A DNA stretch of 64,000 nt from Flavobacterium sp. (GCF_049318325.1 NZ_JBMOGQ010000001.1:32708-96707), one strand, 5' to 3'. Shown: positions 48,937 through 59,405, numbered from the stretch's first letter. A program made the numbers and translations. Notes: a model not told the origin generated them from the sequence alone.

Positions 48937-49542
48937 TTATTTTTTATTTTGGTACAAAACCGGATTCAAATCGTCATCGTTATACATTTTCATTTGCTTA
49001 TACACTTTCATGAATTTGTCGCCGTTTTCAATGTCAGTCAATAAATCGTTTATAGAAATGAACATGTCGGTTTTTTGGTCTAACAGAATGTTCAATTTCT
49101 CTTGACATTTAGCTCTGTGCTCAGCAGTTGCTTCGTTACGATTGGCCTCTTCATTCATGTGATAAATTTTCAAAGCCAAAATGGATAAACGATCGATTGC
49201 CCATGCCGGACTTTCGGTATTGATTTTTGCATCTGGCTTTACTTTAACATCTTTATGCTTTTGCAGAAAATAACTGTCAATATATTCCACCATATCCGTA
49301 CGAACCTGATTGGAGGCATCTATTTTTCTCTTCAAAACCAAAGCTGCAACAGGATCAATATTTGGGTCACGAATAATGTCTTCGTAATGCCATTGTACGG
49401 TATCAACCCAGTTTTTGGCGTACAATAAATATTCAATAGTTCCTTTGGTGTATGGGTTCAAAGTTGGTTGATACACATCGTCTATAATGTGATAATCTTT
49501 AATACTTTGTTCGAAAACAGGAAATGCAAATTGTGAGAACAT
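48937..49542 (-). CDS. DUF4254-type protein
   Basis: QWHYEDIIR, NTESPAWAIDRLSIL, YKQMKMYND; typical GT9 neighbour. Confidence 0.82.
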   Translation of the reverse strand: MFSQFAFPVFEQSIKDYHIIDDVYQPTLNPYTKGTIEYLLYAKNWVDTVQWHYEDIIRDPNIDPVAALVLKRKIDASNQVRTDMVEYIDSYFLQKHKDVKVKPDAKINTESPAWAIDRLSILALKIYHMNEEANRNEATAEHRAKCQEKLNILLDQKTDMFISINDLLTDIENGDKFMKVYKQMKMYNDDDLNPVLYQNKK

Positions 49543-49641
49543 AAGGTTAATTTTTATTTTATTTTATCCAATTCGACAAAAAGGTCTCGAGTGCAAAGAT
49601 AGTTTTTATACTTTTACGTAAACATACAAATTCCCACAATC

Positions 49642-50295
49642 ATGCATCTTCACAATATTTCTGAAAACAATAGTATTCTCAATCATTTTTTGGCACAAAT
49701 TCGCGATGTAAACATTCAAAAAGACAGTATGCGTTTTCGGAAAAACATAGAGCGCATTGGTGAAATAATGGCGTATGAACTGAGTAAAACTTTAGAATAT
49801 AAAGCTATTGATGTTCAAACTCCTCTAGGCATCAAACATACAACCACAATTGCCGATCATGTGGTATTGTGTTCTATTCTTCGTGCCGGATTGGCCTTGC
49901 ATACCGGGTTTATGAATATTTTTGACAATGCCGAAAATGGCTTTGTATCAGCCTATCGCCATCATTATGACAACGATGATAAATTTGATATTTTAGTTGA
50001 ATACCAAGCAGCTCCTTCTTTTGAAAATAAAAACCTGATTTTAATTGATCCCATGTTAGCCACAGGACAATCTATAGTGGCGGTTTTACATAAATTACAT
50101 TTGGAACAAAAACCGAAAGAAATTCATATTGCAGTGGTAATTGCTGCTCCGGAAGGCATTGCTTATCTTCAAAAAAATCTTCCTGATAATTTTCATCTTT
50201 GGATTGCCGCTATTGATGAAAAACTTAACGAAAAAAACTATATTATACCAGGACTTGGTGATGCCGGTGATTTGGCTTATGGAAGCAAATTATAG
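49642..50295 (+). CDS. upp: Uracil phosphoribosyltransferase
   Basis: ILRAG, DPMLATG, YIIPGLGDAGD. Confidence 0.96.
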   Translation: MHLHNISENNSILNHFLAQIRDVNIQKDSMRFRKNIERIGEIMAYELSKTLEYKAIDVQTPLGIKHTTTIADHVVLCSILRAGLALHTGFMNIFDNAENGFVSAYRHHYDNDDKFDILVEYQAAPSFENKNLILIDPMLATGQSIVAVLHKLHLEQKPKEIHIAVVIAAPEGIAYLQKNLPDNFHLWIAAIDEKLNEKNYIIPGLGDAGDLAYGSKL

Positions 50296-51219
50296 TTGGG
50301 AAAAAAAACTAAAAAAACATCCTGTAATTAGTAACAACAAAGCTATTTCCTGATAAATTTTACTTTGAGAATATTCTATGTTTATGGTGCACACAACGGA
50401 TAGTGGCATAAATGTAAAAACCAACATCTCATTGTTTTTATCCGGCGAAATCAAAAAAACGGTTATTCCTATTAGTAACCCAAAAATCATTTTCTTATAA
50501 GATGCCTGTAAAATCAATGGTTTGTTGGTCAAAGAAAAAACAAGTGATAGTAGAAAATACATAACAATTACAACAAAAAATGATAGTGCTATATTTTGAT
50601 AATTATTGGTAAAATAATCTAATTGAAAATTGGTTTGTGTTTGATTTATTAAATAAGTTATCCATGATTTATCAAATGCTAAAGCAGAAAATAAAAATAT
50701 AATTACTGTTGCAAAAAAAGCCACAAATGGTAAAAGCCAGTTTCTGAAATCTCTTGAAACGTGGAAAAATATCGAAATATAGACCAGAAGAATAAATAGA
50801 ATACTCCAAAAATGAAACAAGCTGGCAATAAAAATCCATATCGAAGCATCGAAAATCTTTTCTTTCGGAGCTTTTAAAGTTTGTAAAGAAATCAATCTTC
50901 TTATAGCCAATAGTAGAAAGAAATTGGATAACAATAAATTTAAATTAATAAAGATGGATGGAAAAACAAGCAGAAACAATAAGAAAAATAAAATAGTGTA
51001 ACTACTATTTTTGGTAAGGTTGTTCTTTTTTACTGTAAAATTAACCAAGAAAAAAGACGTTAATAATAACAAAACAAGTAATGCTGTTTTTGAAAATCCG
51101 TTAGAAAAAATAGTTGTAAACAAATCGCGTGACTGATACATAAAAAAGAAAATCAGTAACAGAACCACCACCAAAGCAATATTAAGTGGAGTAGATTTTT
51201 TAAAAACGCTTGTTATCAT
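50290..51219 (-). CDS. Conserved membrane protein (DUF6427-like)
   Basis: Multi-TM; KIFDAS..ASLF motif; between upp and purD. Confidence 0.72.
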   Translation of the reverse strand: MITSVFKKSTPLNIALVVVLLLIFFFMYQSRDLFTTIFSNGFSKTALLVLLLLTSFFLVNFTVKKNNLTKNSSYTILFFLLFLLVFPSIFINLNLLLSNFFLLLAIRRLISLQTLKAPKEKIFDASIWIFIASLFHFWSILFILLVYISIFFHVSRDFRNWLLPFVAFFATVIIFLFSALAFDKSWITYLINQTQTNFQLDYFTNNYQNIALSFFVVIVMYFLLSLVFSLTNKPLILQASYKKMIFGLLIGITVFLISPDKNNEMLVFTFMPLSVVCTINIEYSQSKIYQEIALLLLITGCFFSFFSQL

Positions 51220-51264
51220 AAGGATATTTTATACATTTGTGCTGTAAATATAACATTTTATAAA

Positions 51265-51495
51265 ATGAGAGCATTTTTTGAAGGCATTCAATCTTTATTT
51301 GTAGATTTCTTATTCAAACCTCTTGATTTATTAAGGACTTTGGAGTTAAGTAGTTGGTGGTTAGCGAATATCGTTAGCTGGTCTTTGATTATTGTCTGCA
51401 GTTATTACATTGTTTACTGGTGTAAAGAATTGGCAAAACATAGAGCTAACAACGAAGAAAACCAAGATACAACGGCACATTCTTTTTTAAAGTAA
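51265..51495 (+). CDS. Small membrane protein (DUF6341-like)
   Basis: 76 aa, FFEGIQ.LF..WW..AHSFL; TACATTTG promoter at 51232-51239. Confidence 0.75.
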   Translation: MRAFFEGIQSLFVDFLFKPLDLLRTLELSSWWLANIVSWSLIIVCSYYIVYWCKELAKHRANNEENQDTTAHSFLK

Positions 51496-51529
51496 AAGCT
51501 CTTTAATCCCCAAAGGTAGAAATTAGGGA

Positions 51530-52804
51530 TTATTTTAAATCTTTGCCGATATCTTTTCTAAAATACATCTTATCAAAATGTAGCTTGTCTATATTTTGGT
51601 AAGATTTTTTTATGGCCTCCTGAAAATCATTCCCAAAAGAAGTGATGGCCAAAACCCTTCCGCCATTAGTTACCAATTTACCATTTTCAATTTTTGTCCC
51701 GGCATGATAAACAAGCGAATCTTCCATTTTATCTAATCCGAAAATTTCTTTACCTTTTTCATACTCTTCAGGATAACCGCCGGAAACAATCATTACAGTT
51801 GTGGCACTTCTTTGATCAATAGCTAACGAAACATCATTTAAATTTCCATTCGCTACGGCTTGAAATAATTCCACCAAATCAGATTTTATTCTCGGAATTA
51901 CCACTTCCGTTTCAGGATCACCCATTCTAACGTTATACTCGATAACTATTGGTTCGTTTTTGACGATAATTAATCCAATAAAAATAAACCCTTTGTATTC
52001 AATTCCATCTTTTTGTAAACCTTCAACGGTTGGTTTTACAATTCGAGTTTCTATTTTATCTAACAAAACGGAGTCTACGAATGGCACCGGAGAGATTGCT
52101 CCCATTCCGCCGGTATTTAATCCTGTATCGCCTTCTCCAATTCGTTTATAGTCTTTTGCTGTTGGTAAAATTTTATATTGCTGCCCGTCTGTTAATACAA
52201 AACAACTCAATTCAATTCCATCAAGAAACTCTTCAATAACAACTTTGGCGCTTGCATTACCAAATTTGGCATGAACCAACATATTTCGTAATTCTGTTTT
52301 TGCTTCTTCTAAATCTTGAATAATTAAGACTCCCTTCCCTGCGGCTAATCCATCTGCTTTTAAAACATAAGGAGGTTGCAGTGTTTCTAAAAATAGGCAT
52401 CCTTTTTCGACCGTTGCTGCCGTAAAACTATCATAAGCTGCGGTTGGAATTTTATGTTTAACGAGAAATTCTTTAGCAAATTCTTTACTCCCTTCCAATT
52501 GAGCTCCTACTTTTGATGGACCAATAACCGGAATATGACTTAACTCTGAATCATTTTTGAAAAAATCATAAATACCTGATACTAATGGGTCTTCAGGACC
52601 AACAACAAGCATTTCAACTTTTTCTTGAATTGCAAACGATTTCAATTCGATAAAGTCTGTTGGATTGATTGGAATGTTAGTTGCTATTGCGGCAGTTCCG
52701 GCATTTCCAGGAGCAACAAAAAGTGTTGAACATTTAGAACTTTGAAGCATTTTACTTGCTAATGCATGTTCCCTTCCGCCTGAACCAAGTAGTAAGATAA
52801 CCAT
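51530..52804 (-). CDS. purD: Phosphoribosylamine--glycine ligase
   Basis: GSGGREHA, KADGLAAGKGV, NTGGMG, TNGGRVL; ATG 52804 supported by TATTTTTG at 52826-52833 (-). Confidence 0.97.
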   Translation of the reverse strand: MVILLLGSGGREHALASKMLQSSKCSTLFVAPGNAGTAAIATNIPINPTDFIELKSFAIQEKVEMLVVGPEDPLVSGIYDFFKNDSELSHIPVIGPSKVGAQLEGSKEFAKEFLVKHKIPTAAYDSFTAATVEKGCLFLETLQPPYVLKADGLAAGKGVLIIQDLEEAKTELRNMLVHAKFGNASAKVVIEEFLDGIELSCFVLTDGQQYKILPTAKDYKRIGEGDTGLNTGGMGAISPVPFVDSVLLDKIETRIVKPTVEGLQKDGIEYKGFIFIGLIIVKNEPIVIEYNVRMGDPETEVVIPRIKSDLVELFQAVANGNLNDVSLAIDQRSATTVMIVSGGYPEEYEKGKEIFGLDKMEDSLVYHAGTKIENGKLVTNGGRVLAITSFGNDFQEAIKKSYQNIDKLHFDKMYFRKDIGKDLK

Positions 52805-52922
52805 CTTTTTATTTGTTTTTGATTGCAAAAATAATCTTTTGCACTTTATAGTTGTATTAAAAATTGTAGTAGATTAAATAAAAATGCTATTTTTGCTTCA
52901 CTTAATTAAAAACTAAAAACTT

Positions 52923-54290
52923 ATGAAAAAAATATTACTTACTTTTTCTTTAATTGGCTTAACTTCAATAATAAACGCGCAGTGGATTTCTCAAGGTACA
53001 GGCTTTGCCGATGCTAGCAGGGGTTTAAGCGAAGTTCACATTGTTGACGCTAATACTGTATGGGCTATGGCTTATGATGGATCTGGTCTTGGTGCAAATG
53101 TTCAAGAATTTACATTAACAACAAATGGTGGTACTTCTTGGACTTCTGGAACTATTAATGTGGGTAATAGTGTTTGGGAATTAAATAATATATGTCCTGT
53201 AAGCGCAACTACTGCTTGGGTTTCGGCTATTAACAATATTAGTGGGGATGCTAATAATGGTGTTGGTTATATTTACAAAACTTCTGATAGTGGAGCTACT
53301 TGGACACAACAATGTGCTAGCTGTTTTCAAACAGCAGGTTCTTCTTTTTTAAATGGAGTTTATTTTTTTAATGCAAATGTTGGTATTGCTTATGGTGACC
53401 CAATTGGTTCGGGATTGGGTGAATTTGAAATTTACAGAACTACAGATGGTGGTGCTAACTGGACTATGCTTTCTGCTGCCGCCTTACCAAACCCATTAAG
53501 CGGAGAATATGGCTGGAATACCGTTCCGACTGGTGTTGGAAATACGTTGTGGTTCACAACAAATAAAGGCCGTTTGTATAGAACTACAGATGCGGGAGTG
53601 ACTTGGACTGTAGCTCAAGCGCCGTTAACAGATTTTGGCGCAGCTTTACCTGGAAATAGTGGAAGAGTAATTTTTAGTGATACAAACAATGGTTATTTAT
53701 TAAAAACCTCTGGAACTGTGGCTACTCCTGTTTATACTTACTACACTACTACAAATGGCGGGTCTACATGGAGTGCTGGTGCAACTTTTACTGGTACGAG
53801 ACAAATACTTAATTACATTCCTGGAACTACCAATATTGTTGCTACTTCTCAAGCAGCTCCCGTAGGAACATCTATTAGTTATAATAATGGCGCAACGTGG
53901 ACAGATCTTGAAGTGGGTGGAATAGAGCAAAGAGGTGCCTCAGCTTTTTTAAATGCAAGTACAGGATGGTGTGCTGGATTTAGCGATGGTGATCCTTTAG
54001 GTAGTGCAGGTATTTTTAAATTATCAGGTCCATTAGGTTTAGATAATGCTGCAACTCTAACTAAGTTCAAGGTTTATCCAAACCCTGCATCTTCTTTAGT
54101 AACAATCTCGACTCCAGATGTAGAAACAGTAGTTTTATCAGTTACTGATTTAACTGGTAAAATAGTTATGACTAAATCATTAAATGGGATTGAAAATACT
54201 GTTGATGTTTCTAACCTTTCTAGTGGTGCTTATTTCTTTGAATTAAGTTCTAACAATATAAAAGAAGTGGTTAAAATTCTTAAAAATTAA
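52923..54290 (+). CDS. T9SS-secreted BNR/Asp-box beta-propeller protein
   Basis: Signal peptide; repeated T.(D/N)GG..W boxes; C-terminal VYPNP..KILKN. Confidence 0.85.
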   Translation: MKKILLTFSLIGLTSIINAQWISQGTGFADASRGLSEVHIVDANTVWAMAYDGSGLGANVQEFTLTTNGGTSWTSGTINVGNSVWELNNICPVSATTAWVSAINNISGDANNGVGYIYKTSDSGATWTQQCASCFQTAGSSFLNGVYFFNANVGIAYGDPIGSGLGEFEIYRTTDGGANWTMLSAAALPNPLSGEYGWNTVPTGVGNTLWFTTNKGRLYRTTDAGVTWTVAQAPLTDFGAALPGNSGRVIFSDTNNGYLLKTSGTVATPVYTYYTTTNGGSTWSAGATFTGTRQILNYIPGTTNIVATSQAAPVGTSISYNNGATWTDLEVGGIEQRGASAFLNASTGWCAGFSDGDPLGSAGIFKLSGPLGLDNAATLTKFKVYPNPASSLVTISTPDVETVVLSVTDLTGKIVMTKSLNGIENTVDVSNLSSGAYFFELSSNNIKEVVKILKN

Positions 54291-54312
54291 TTCCAAATAA
54301 AATAGTATTTTT

Positions 54313-54342
54313 AAGGGCTGACATATTCGTTGGCCCTTTTTT
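54313..54342 (+). terminator. Intrinsic terminator
   Basis: AAGGGCTGAC ATATTC GTTGGCCCTT TTTT. Confidence 0.75.
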
Positions 54343-54350
54343 ATTGACTT

Positions 54351-55664
54351 ATGTTCAACTTTTTCAATTTATCGCTCAAACTAAATGGTTTCCCAATAAA
54401 GGAATCGACTACCGAATTGGAAAAGATTCTGTCTGTTTCAGAAATTGATTATGGGAATTATATAAATCAAAAGAAAAAAGAAATTGTTGAGTACCATTTA
54501 AAACACAACAAATCATATCAAGCCTTTGTCGGAAAAACTTCTTTTGCAAATTGGAGTGAACTTCCGGTAATGACTAAAAAAGAATTTCAAAAGCCACTCA
54601 AAGATAGACTTTCAGAAGGATATTCTCCATCGAATGTTTATGTAAATAAAACATCTGGTTCAAGTGGAGATCCTTTTATTTTTGCCAAAGATAAATTTTG
54701 TCATGCGCTAACATGGGCAAATAACATTCGTTGTTTTGGCTGGTTTGGAATTAATTTTAATACGTCTTTGCAGGCCCGATTTTACGGAATCCCATTCGAT
54801 TTTATTGGTAAAAAAAAAGAGCGTATTAAAGACCTTTTGGGTAATCGTTATCGTTTTACCATTTTTAATTTGTCCGATGACGTTTTAGAAAAAGTCTTAA
54901 TTAAATTTAAAAATAAAAAATTCGATTATATTAATGGTTACACTAGTTCGGTAGTATTATTTGCTAAATTTTTACAAAAGAAAAGTATTGTTTTAACGAC
55001 CGTTTGCCCAACGCTAAAATGCTGCATTGTAACCTCTGAAATGCTTTTTGATGATGATAAAATGCTGCTTGAAAAACAATTTGGCGTTCCTGTTATCAAT
55101 GAATATGGCGCTTCTGAACTTGATTTAATTGCATTTCAAAATCAGGAAGGTGATTGGCAATTGAATTCTGAAACCTTATTTGTAGAAATTTTAGACGAAG
55201 AAAACAACGTTTTGCCAAATGGTAAAGAAGGCAGAATTGTGATAACATCATTATATAACAAAGCGCATCCATTTATCAGATATGATATTGGCGATGTTGG
55301 AATTTTAGACGAAAAAAGTACTTCTAAAAAACGTATTCTTAAGAAACTTATTGGTCGAACCAACGATATTGCTATTTTACCAAGCGGAAAAAAATCGCCA
55401 GGATTGACCTTTTATTATGTTACCAAAAGCATTATTGAAGACGATGGAAATGTAAAAGAATTTGTGATAAAACAAACCAAAATCGATACTTTTAACATCG
55501 AATATGTAAGCGAATTTGAATTAACCAAACTTCAAATTCAACAAATTGAAAAAGCCATTACAACTTATTTAGAAAATGGCCTGACTTTTTCATTTATCAG
55601 AAATGAAAAACTAGAACGTAGTAAAAGCGGAAAACTGAAACAGTTTGTTTCCTTAATAAAATAA
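54351..55664 (+). CDS. Phenylacetate-CoA ligase / CapK-like adenylate-forming enzyme
   Basis: TSGSSG, YGASE, IRYDIGD, GR.ND; at the edge of a polysaccharide locus. Confidence 0.85.
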   Translation: MFNFFNLSLKLNGFPIKESTTELEKILSVSEIDYGNYINQKKKEIVEYHLKHNKSYQAFVGKTSFANWSELPVMTKKEFQKPLKDRLSEGYSPSNVYVNKTSGSSGDPFIFAKDKFCHALTWANNIRCFGWFGINFNTSLQARFYGIPFDFIGKKKERIKDLLGNRYRFTIFNLSDDVLEKVLIKFKNKKFDYINGYTSSVVLFAKFLQKKSIVLTTVCPTLKCCIVTSEMLFDDDKMLLEKQFGVPVINEYGASELDLIAFQNQEGDWQLNSETLFVEILDEENNVLPNGKEGRIVITSLYNKAHPFIRYDIGDVGILDEKSTSKKRILKKLIGRTNDIAILPSGKKSPGLTFYYVTKSIIEDDGNVKEFVIKQTKIDTFNIEYVSEFELTKLQIQQIEKAITTYLENGLTFSFIRNEKLERSKSGKLKQFVSLIK

Positions 55665-55668
55665 AAAA

Positions 55669-56754
55669 TTGAAAATTACCTTAGTCGCAGGCGCAAGACC
55701 AAATTTTATTAAAATCGCACCCATTATTAAAGCGATTGAAAAAAAACAAAACGAAGGAGAAAAGCTTTCCTATCGTCTAGTTCATACGGGACAGCACTAC
55801 GATAAAAATCTCAGCGATACCTTTTTTGAGGAATTAAATATACCACATCCAAATGCAAATCTGGAAGTCAAAAGCGGTTCACAATCTGTTCAAACTGCTG
55901 CCATAATGATTGCATTTGAACAAGAACTGATACAAAACCCTTGCGATTTGGTTTTAGTTGTTGGCGATGTCAATTCGACTATGGCGTGTGCTATTGTTGC
56001 CAAAAAATTAAACATAAAGGTTGCTCATGTTGAAGCCGGAATCCGTTCAGGTGATATGACCATGCCCGAAGAAATTAACAGAATTGTCACTGATAGCATT
56101 ACCGATTATTTCTTTACAACCTCAACTTGGGCTGGAGATAATCTCTTAAAATATGGAACCGATTCTTCTACAATCCATTTTGTGGGCAATGTGATGATTG
56201 ATACTTTATATCAAAATTTGGATAGAATATCAGCTCCAAATTTTTGGGATGAGTATGATTTAGAAGTCGGAAAATATATAATCCTAACATTGCACCGTCC
56301 TGCTAATGTTGATGAAGAGCAGTCTTTGGTAAAACTTCTTAGCGGCATAGACAAAATGGATGGTGACAAAAAAGTGATTTTCCCTATACATCCTAGAACC
56401 AAGGCGATTTTGGGAGAAACCAATTTAAAACTGAAGAACATCATTTTTGTTGAGCCACAAGGCTATCTAAACTTTATGTATTTAATCAAAAACAGTTTTG
56501 CGGTAATAACTGATTCTGGCGGAATTTCAGAAGAAACTACCGTGCTGGGAATTCCTTGTTTCACTATGAGAAATAATACCGAAAGACCCGAAACACAAAC
56601 TATTGGAACCAATACTATAGTTGGGACTTCGATTGAAAATTTAGAAAAAATATTTGGAGAATTTTTGGAAAATGGCCCAAGAAAAGCAAGTATTCCAAAA
56701 CTTTGGGATGGAAAAGCTTCAGAAAGAATAATCGATATTTTACTAAAGATTTAA
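55669..56754 (+). CDS. wecB: UDP-N-acetylglucosamine 2-epimerase (non-hydrolysing)
   Basis: GARPNFIK, HTGQHYD, HVEAG.RS, TDSGG..EE. Confidence 0.92.
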   Translation: MKITLVAGARPNFIKIAPIIKAIEKKQNEGEKLSYRLVHTGQHYDKNLSDTFFEELNIPHPNANLEVKSGSQSVQTAAIMIAFEQELIQNPCDLVLVVGDVNSTMACAIVAKKLNIKVAHVEAGIRSGDMTMPEEINRIVTDSITDYFFTTSTWAGDNLLKYGTDSSTIHFVGNVMIDTLYQNLDRISAPNFWDEYDLEVGKYIILTLHRPANVDEEQSLVKLLSGIDKMDGDKKVIFPIHPRTKAILGETNLKLKNIIFVEPQGYLNFMYLIKNSFAVITDSGGISEETTVLGIPCFTMRNNTERPETQTIGTNTIVGTSIENLEKIFGEFLENGPRKASIPKLWDGKASERIIDILLKI

Positions 56755-56850
56755 CCACAAAGCTTACAAAGAATGCTCAAAGAACTCTATTTAGTTTTTA
56801 TAAAAATTGATTGCTTTGTGAGCTTAGTGCTGACTTAGCGTCTTAGTGGT
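56754..56850. repeat. Inverted ~9-bp-period arrays (CACAAAG / CTTWGTG)
   Basis: ACCACAAAG CTTACAAAG..CTCAAAG ... CTTTGTGAG CTTAGTG..CTTAGCGT CTTAGTGGT. Confidence 0.7.
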
Positions 56851-56856
56851 AAAAAA

Positions 56857-58041
56857 ATGGAAGAAATACTTATCATATCCAATTATTATCCGCCTGAAAA
56901 AGGCGCAGCTGCCAATAGAATTGAGCAGTTGGCTTTAAAATTAAATCAAAATAAATATAACGTTTCCGTAATCTGTCCATTAGGAAATTACCCAAAAGGG
57001 GAGCTATTTGATGAATATAAAAGCAAATTTTCGGTAACGGAAAATCGCGATGGCATTACTGTGAAACGTCTTTGGATTTATCCAAGTGTTAGCAAAAATT
57101 TACTGATTCGAATTATTTCGGTTTTATCATTTTCAGCAATGCTGTTTTTCTATTTATTATTTAAAAAAATACCAAAAAAAGTCATTGTACAATCGCCGCC
57201 TCTATTACTATCGTTTATTTCGGTTTTTGTGCTTTCTTTAAAAAACAAAAAAATAATTTTAAATATTTCTGATTTATGGCCTATGGCAGCGATTGAATTG
57301 AGTGCCTTAAAAAAAGATTCATTTTCACATAAATTCTCATTGTTTTTTGAACGCTACATTTATAAAAAAGCGACCTTAATTTTAGGACAATCCAACGAAA
57401 TTATCTCACACGTTAATACTTTATTCCCGGATAAAAAATGCTTCTTATATCGCAATTTTCCGGATCATAATGTTTCTGAAATAGAATTAATAACAGAAGA
57501 AAATCAACCTGTAAAAATTTTCTATGCAGGACTTCTCGGAATTGCTCAAGGCGTATATGAACTATGTCAAAAAATCGATTTAAAAGGACTTAATGTTGAA
57601 TTGCACATCTTTGGTGATGGAGTCGAAAAAACGCTGCTTGAAGGTTTAATATCTTCTAAAAAAGAACAACGGCTATTCTTCCACGGAATGTTGGACAGAT
57701 CGGAATTGCATCAACGGCTAAAATCGTTTGATGTTGCTATTGTTCCGCTAAAAACAAGGATTTACGGTTCTGTTCCTTCCAAGATTTTTGAATATGGCTC
57801 ACTTGGATTTCCGATAATGTATTTTGGTGGCGGCGAAGGCGAAAGTATTGTTATTGAGAATAATTTGGGCTGGGTTGCAACTGTTGGTGATTATAACGAT
57901 TTGAATGAAAAAATCAAAATTATTTCCTCCGTAAAAAAGACTGAATTGGATTTAATGAAAAGACAAATTTTTGAGAAAAGCCAAAGGGTATTTGATTTAG
58001 ATAATCAAGTGAAAAATCTGATTGAAAAAGAGGTTTTCTAA
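56857..58041 (+). CDS. Glycosyltransferase family 4
   Basis: YYPPEKGAA, DLWP, YAG..G.AQG, PSKIFEY. Confidence 0.88.
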   Translation: MEEILIISNYYPPEKGAAANRIEQLALKLNQNKYNVSVICPLGNYPKGELFDEYKSKFSVTENRDGITVKRLWIYPSVSKNLLIRIISVLSFSAMLFFYLLFKKIPKKVIVQSPPLLLSFISVFVLSLKNKKIILNISDLWPMAAIELSALKKDSFSHKFSLFFERYIYKKATLILGQSNEIISHVNTLFPDKKCFLYRNFPDHNVSEIELITEENQPVKIFYAGLLGIAQGVYELCQKIDLKGLNVELHIFGDGVEKTLLEGLISSKKEQRLFFHGMLDRSELHQRLKSFDVAIVPLKTRIYGSVPSKIFEYGSLGFPIMYFGGGEGESIVIENNLGWVATVGDYNDLNEKIKIISSVKKTELDLMKRQIFEKSQRVFDLDNQVKNLIEKEVF

Positions 58042-59405
58042 TAGGCTTTATCTTCTCCTTTAAAGATATTAAATACAGTTTGAAAAATGATTTTTATGTC
58101 CATGATTAACGACCAATTTTCGATATAAAAGACATCCAGTTTTATTCGGTTTACCATATCTTCTTCGGTTTCAATTTCTCCTCTAAATCCTTTAACTTGT
58201 GCCAAACCTGTAATGCCAGGTTTAACGTAATGGCGAACCATGTATTTCTTTATTTTACTAGCATATGCTTTGTTTTGTGACCATAAGTGTGGTCTTGGAC
58301 CAACAACCGACATTTCTCCCAATAGTACATTAAAAAACTGAGGCAACTCATCCATACTTGTTTTTCGCATAAATTTCCCCATTTTAGTAACTCTTGGATC
58401 GTTTTTGGAAGCTTCTTTTTCAGTATATCCATTTACTTGCATAGAACGAAATTTATAACAGAAAAACTCTTTTTCATCCATTCCAGGTCTTCCCTGCTTG
58501 AAAAATACCGGACCTTTTGATTCTAATTTTATTAAAATAGCCAAAATAGGAATCAACCACAACAACAAAAAAATTATAACAATTAATGAAAAAACAATAT
58601 CAAAAACTCTTTTGATTTTTTTTATAAACGGATTATGCAATTGCGTTTTTTGAAGAGATAAAACCGGAAATAATTCGTAATAATCTACTTTTAAATTTTT
58701 AGAAAAAATTTCTTTAGTATCAGGAATGAATTTAATTGTCTTTTTATTATCATCGGCAAATTCGACTAACTCTTTTAGTTTTTCATTTGAAATTTCGTTT
58801 AAAGAACAATAAATTTCATCTATTTTATTTTCTATGGTAAAGCTTTTAATGTCGTCTATTTTCCCAACAATATTTGGATTCTGTTTTTTGTCTGAGAAAT
58901 ATCCCAAAAACCTATAGCCATAGTCTATCCTTGTTTCGAAAACTTCCTTTAACCGAATTGCTTCTGGTGTATATCCAATGATAATTGCATTTCTGTAATT
59001 ACTTCCTGTAACAATCCTATATCTTTTTAAATAAATAAATAAAAAAGTTTTAAAAGCAACAACACTAATGAAAGTAACAGACATAAAAAGCGCTACAGCC
59101 GAACCACTAAAAATTGACGTTTTTGCAAAAGGAAAAAAAGCAATGACAATTAGTAAAAACACACTGAATTGCTTAATCAGTTTAGTGAGAATATCAACAG
59201 GAGTTGTAAACCTAAAAATTTCATAATATCGAACTATAACCGCAATTGAAATCCAAGTGATCGTTTGGTAGCTCAAATAATATAGCATATTAAGTCTTAA
59301 ATCCCTAAAGAAATAAAGACTAAATATTGTTATAACAATTAAATCGAATATTACACTAAACGGTCTAATGTATTTTGAATACCTTCCTGTATGCTGTGTA
59401 GCCAT
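58038..59405 (-). CDS. Undecaprenyl-phosphate sugar phosphotransferase (WcaJ/WbaP type)
   Basis: KRVFD, KFRSM, DELPQFFNV, VGPRP, KPGITGLAQ. Confidence 0.92.
   Translation of the reverse strand: MATQHTGRYSKYIRPFSVIFDLIVITIFSLYFFRDLRLNMLYYLSYQTITWISIAVIVRYYEIFRFTTPVDILTKLIKQFSVFLLIVIAFFPFAKTSIFSGSAVALFMSVTFISVVAFKTFLFIYLKRYRIVTGSNYRNAIIIGYTPEAIRLKEVFETRIDYGYRFLGYFSDKKQNPNIVGKIDDIKSFTIENKIDEIYCSLNEISNEKLKELVEFADDNKKTIKFIPDTKEIFSKNLKVDYYELFPVLSLQKTQLHNPFIKKIKRVFDIVFSLIVIIFLLLWLIPILAILIKLESKGPVFFKQGRPGMDEKEFFCYKFRSMQVNGYTEKEASKNDPRVTKMGKFMRKTSMDELPQFFNVLLGEMSVVGPRPHLWSQNKAYASKIKKYMVRHYVKPGITGLAQVKGFRGEIETEEDMVNRIKLDVFYIENWSLIMDIKIIFQTVFNIFKGEDKAY

Noticed and set aside
46740-55664. Phenylacetate catabolic pathway (PaaE-like and PaaK-like genes)
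   Set aside because: The genes are unlinked and paaABCD-type oxygenase genes are absent.
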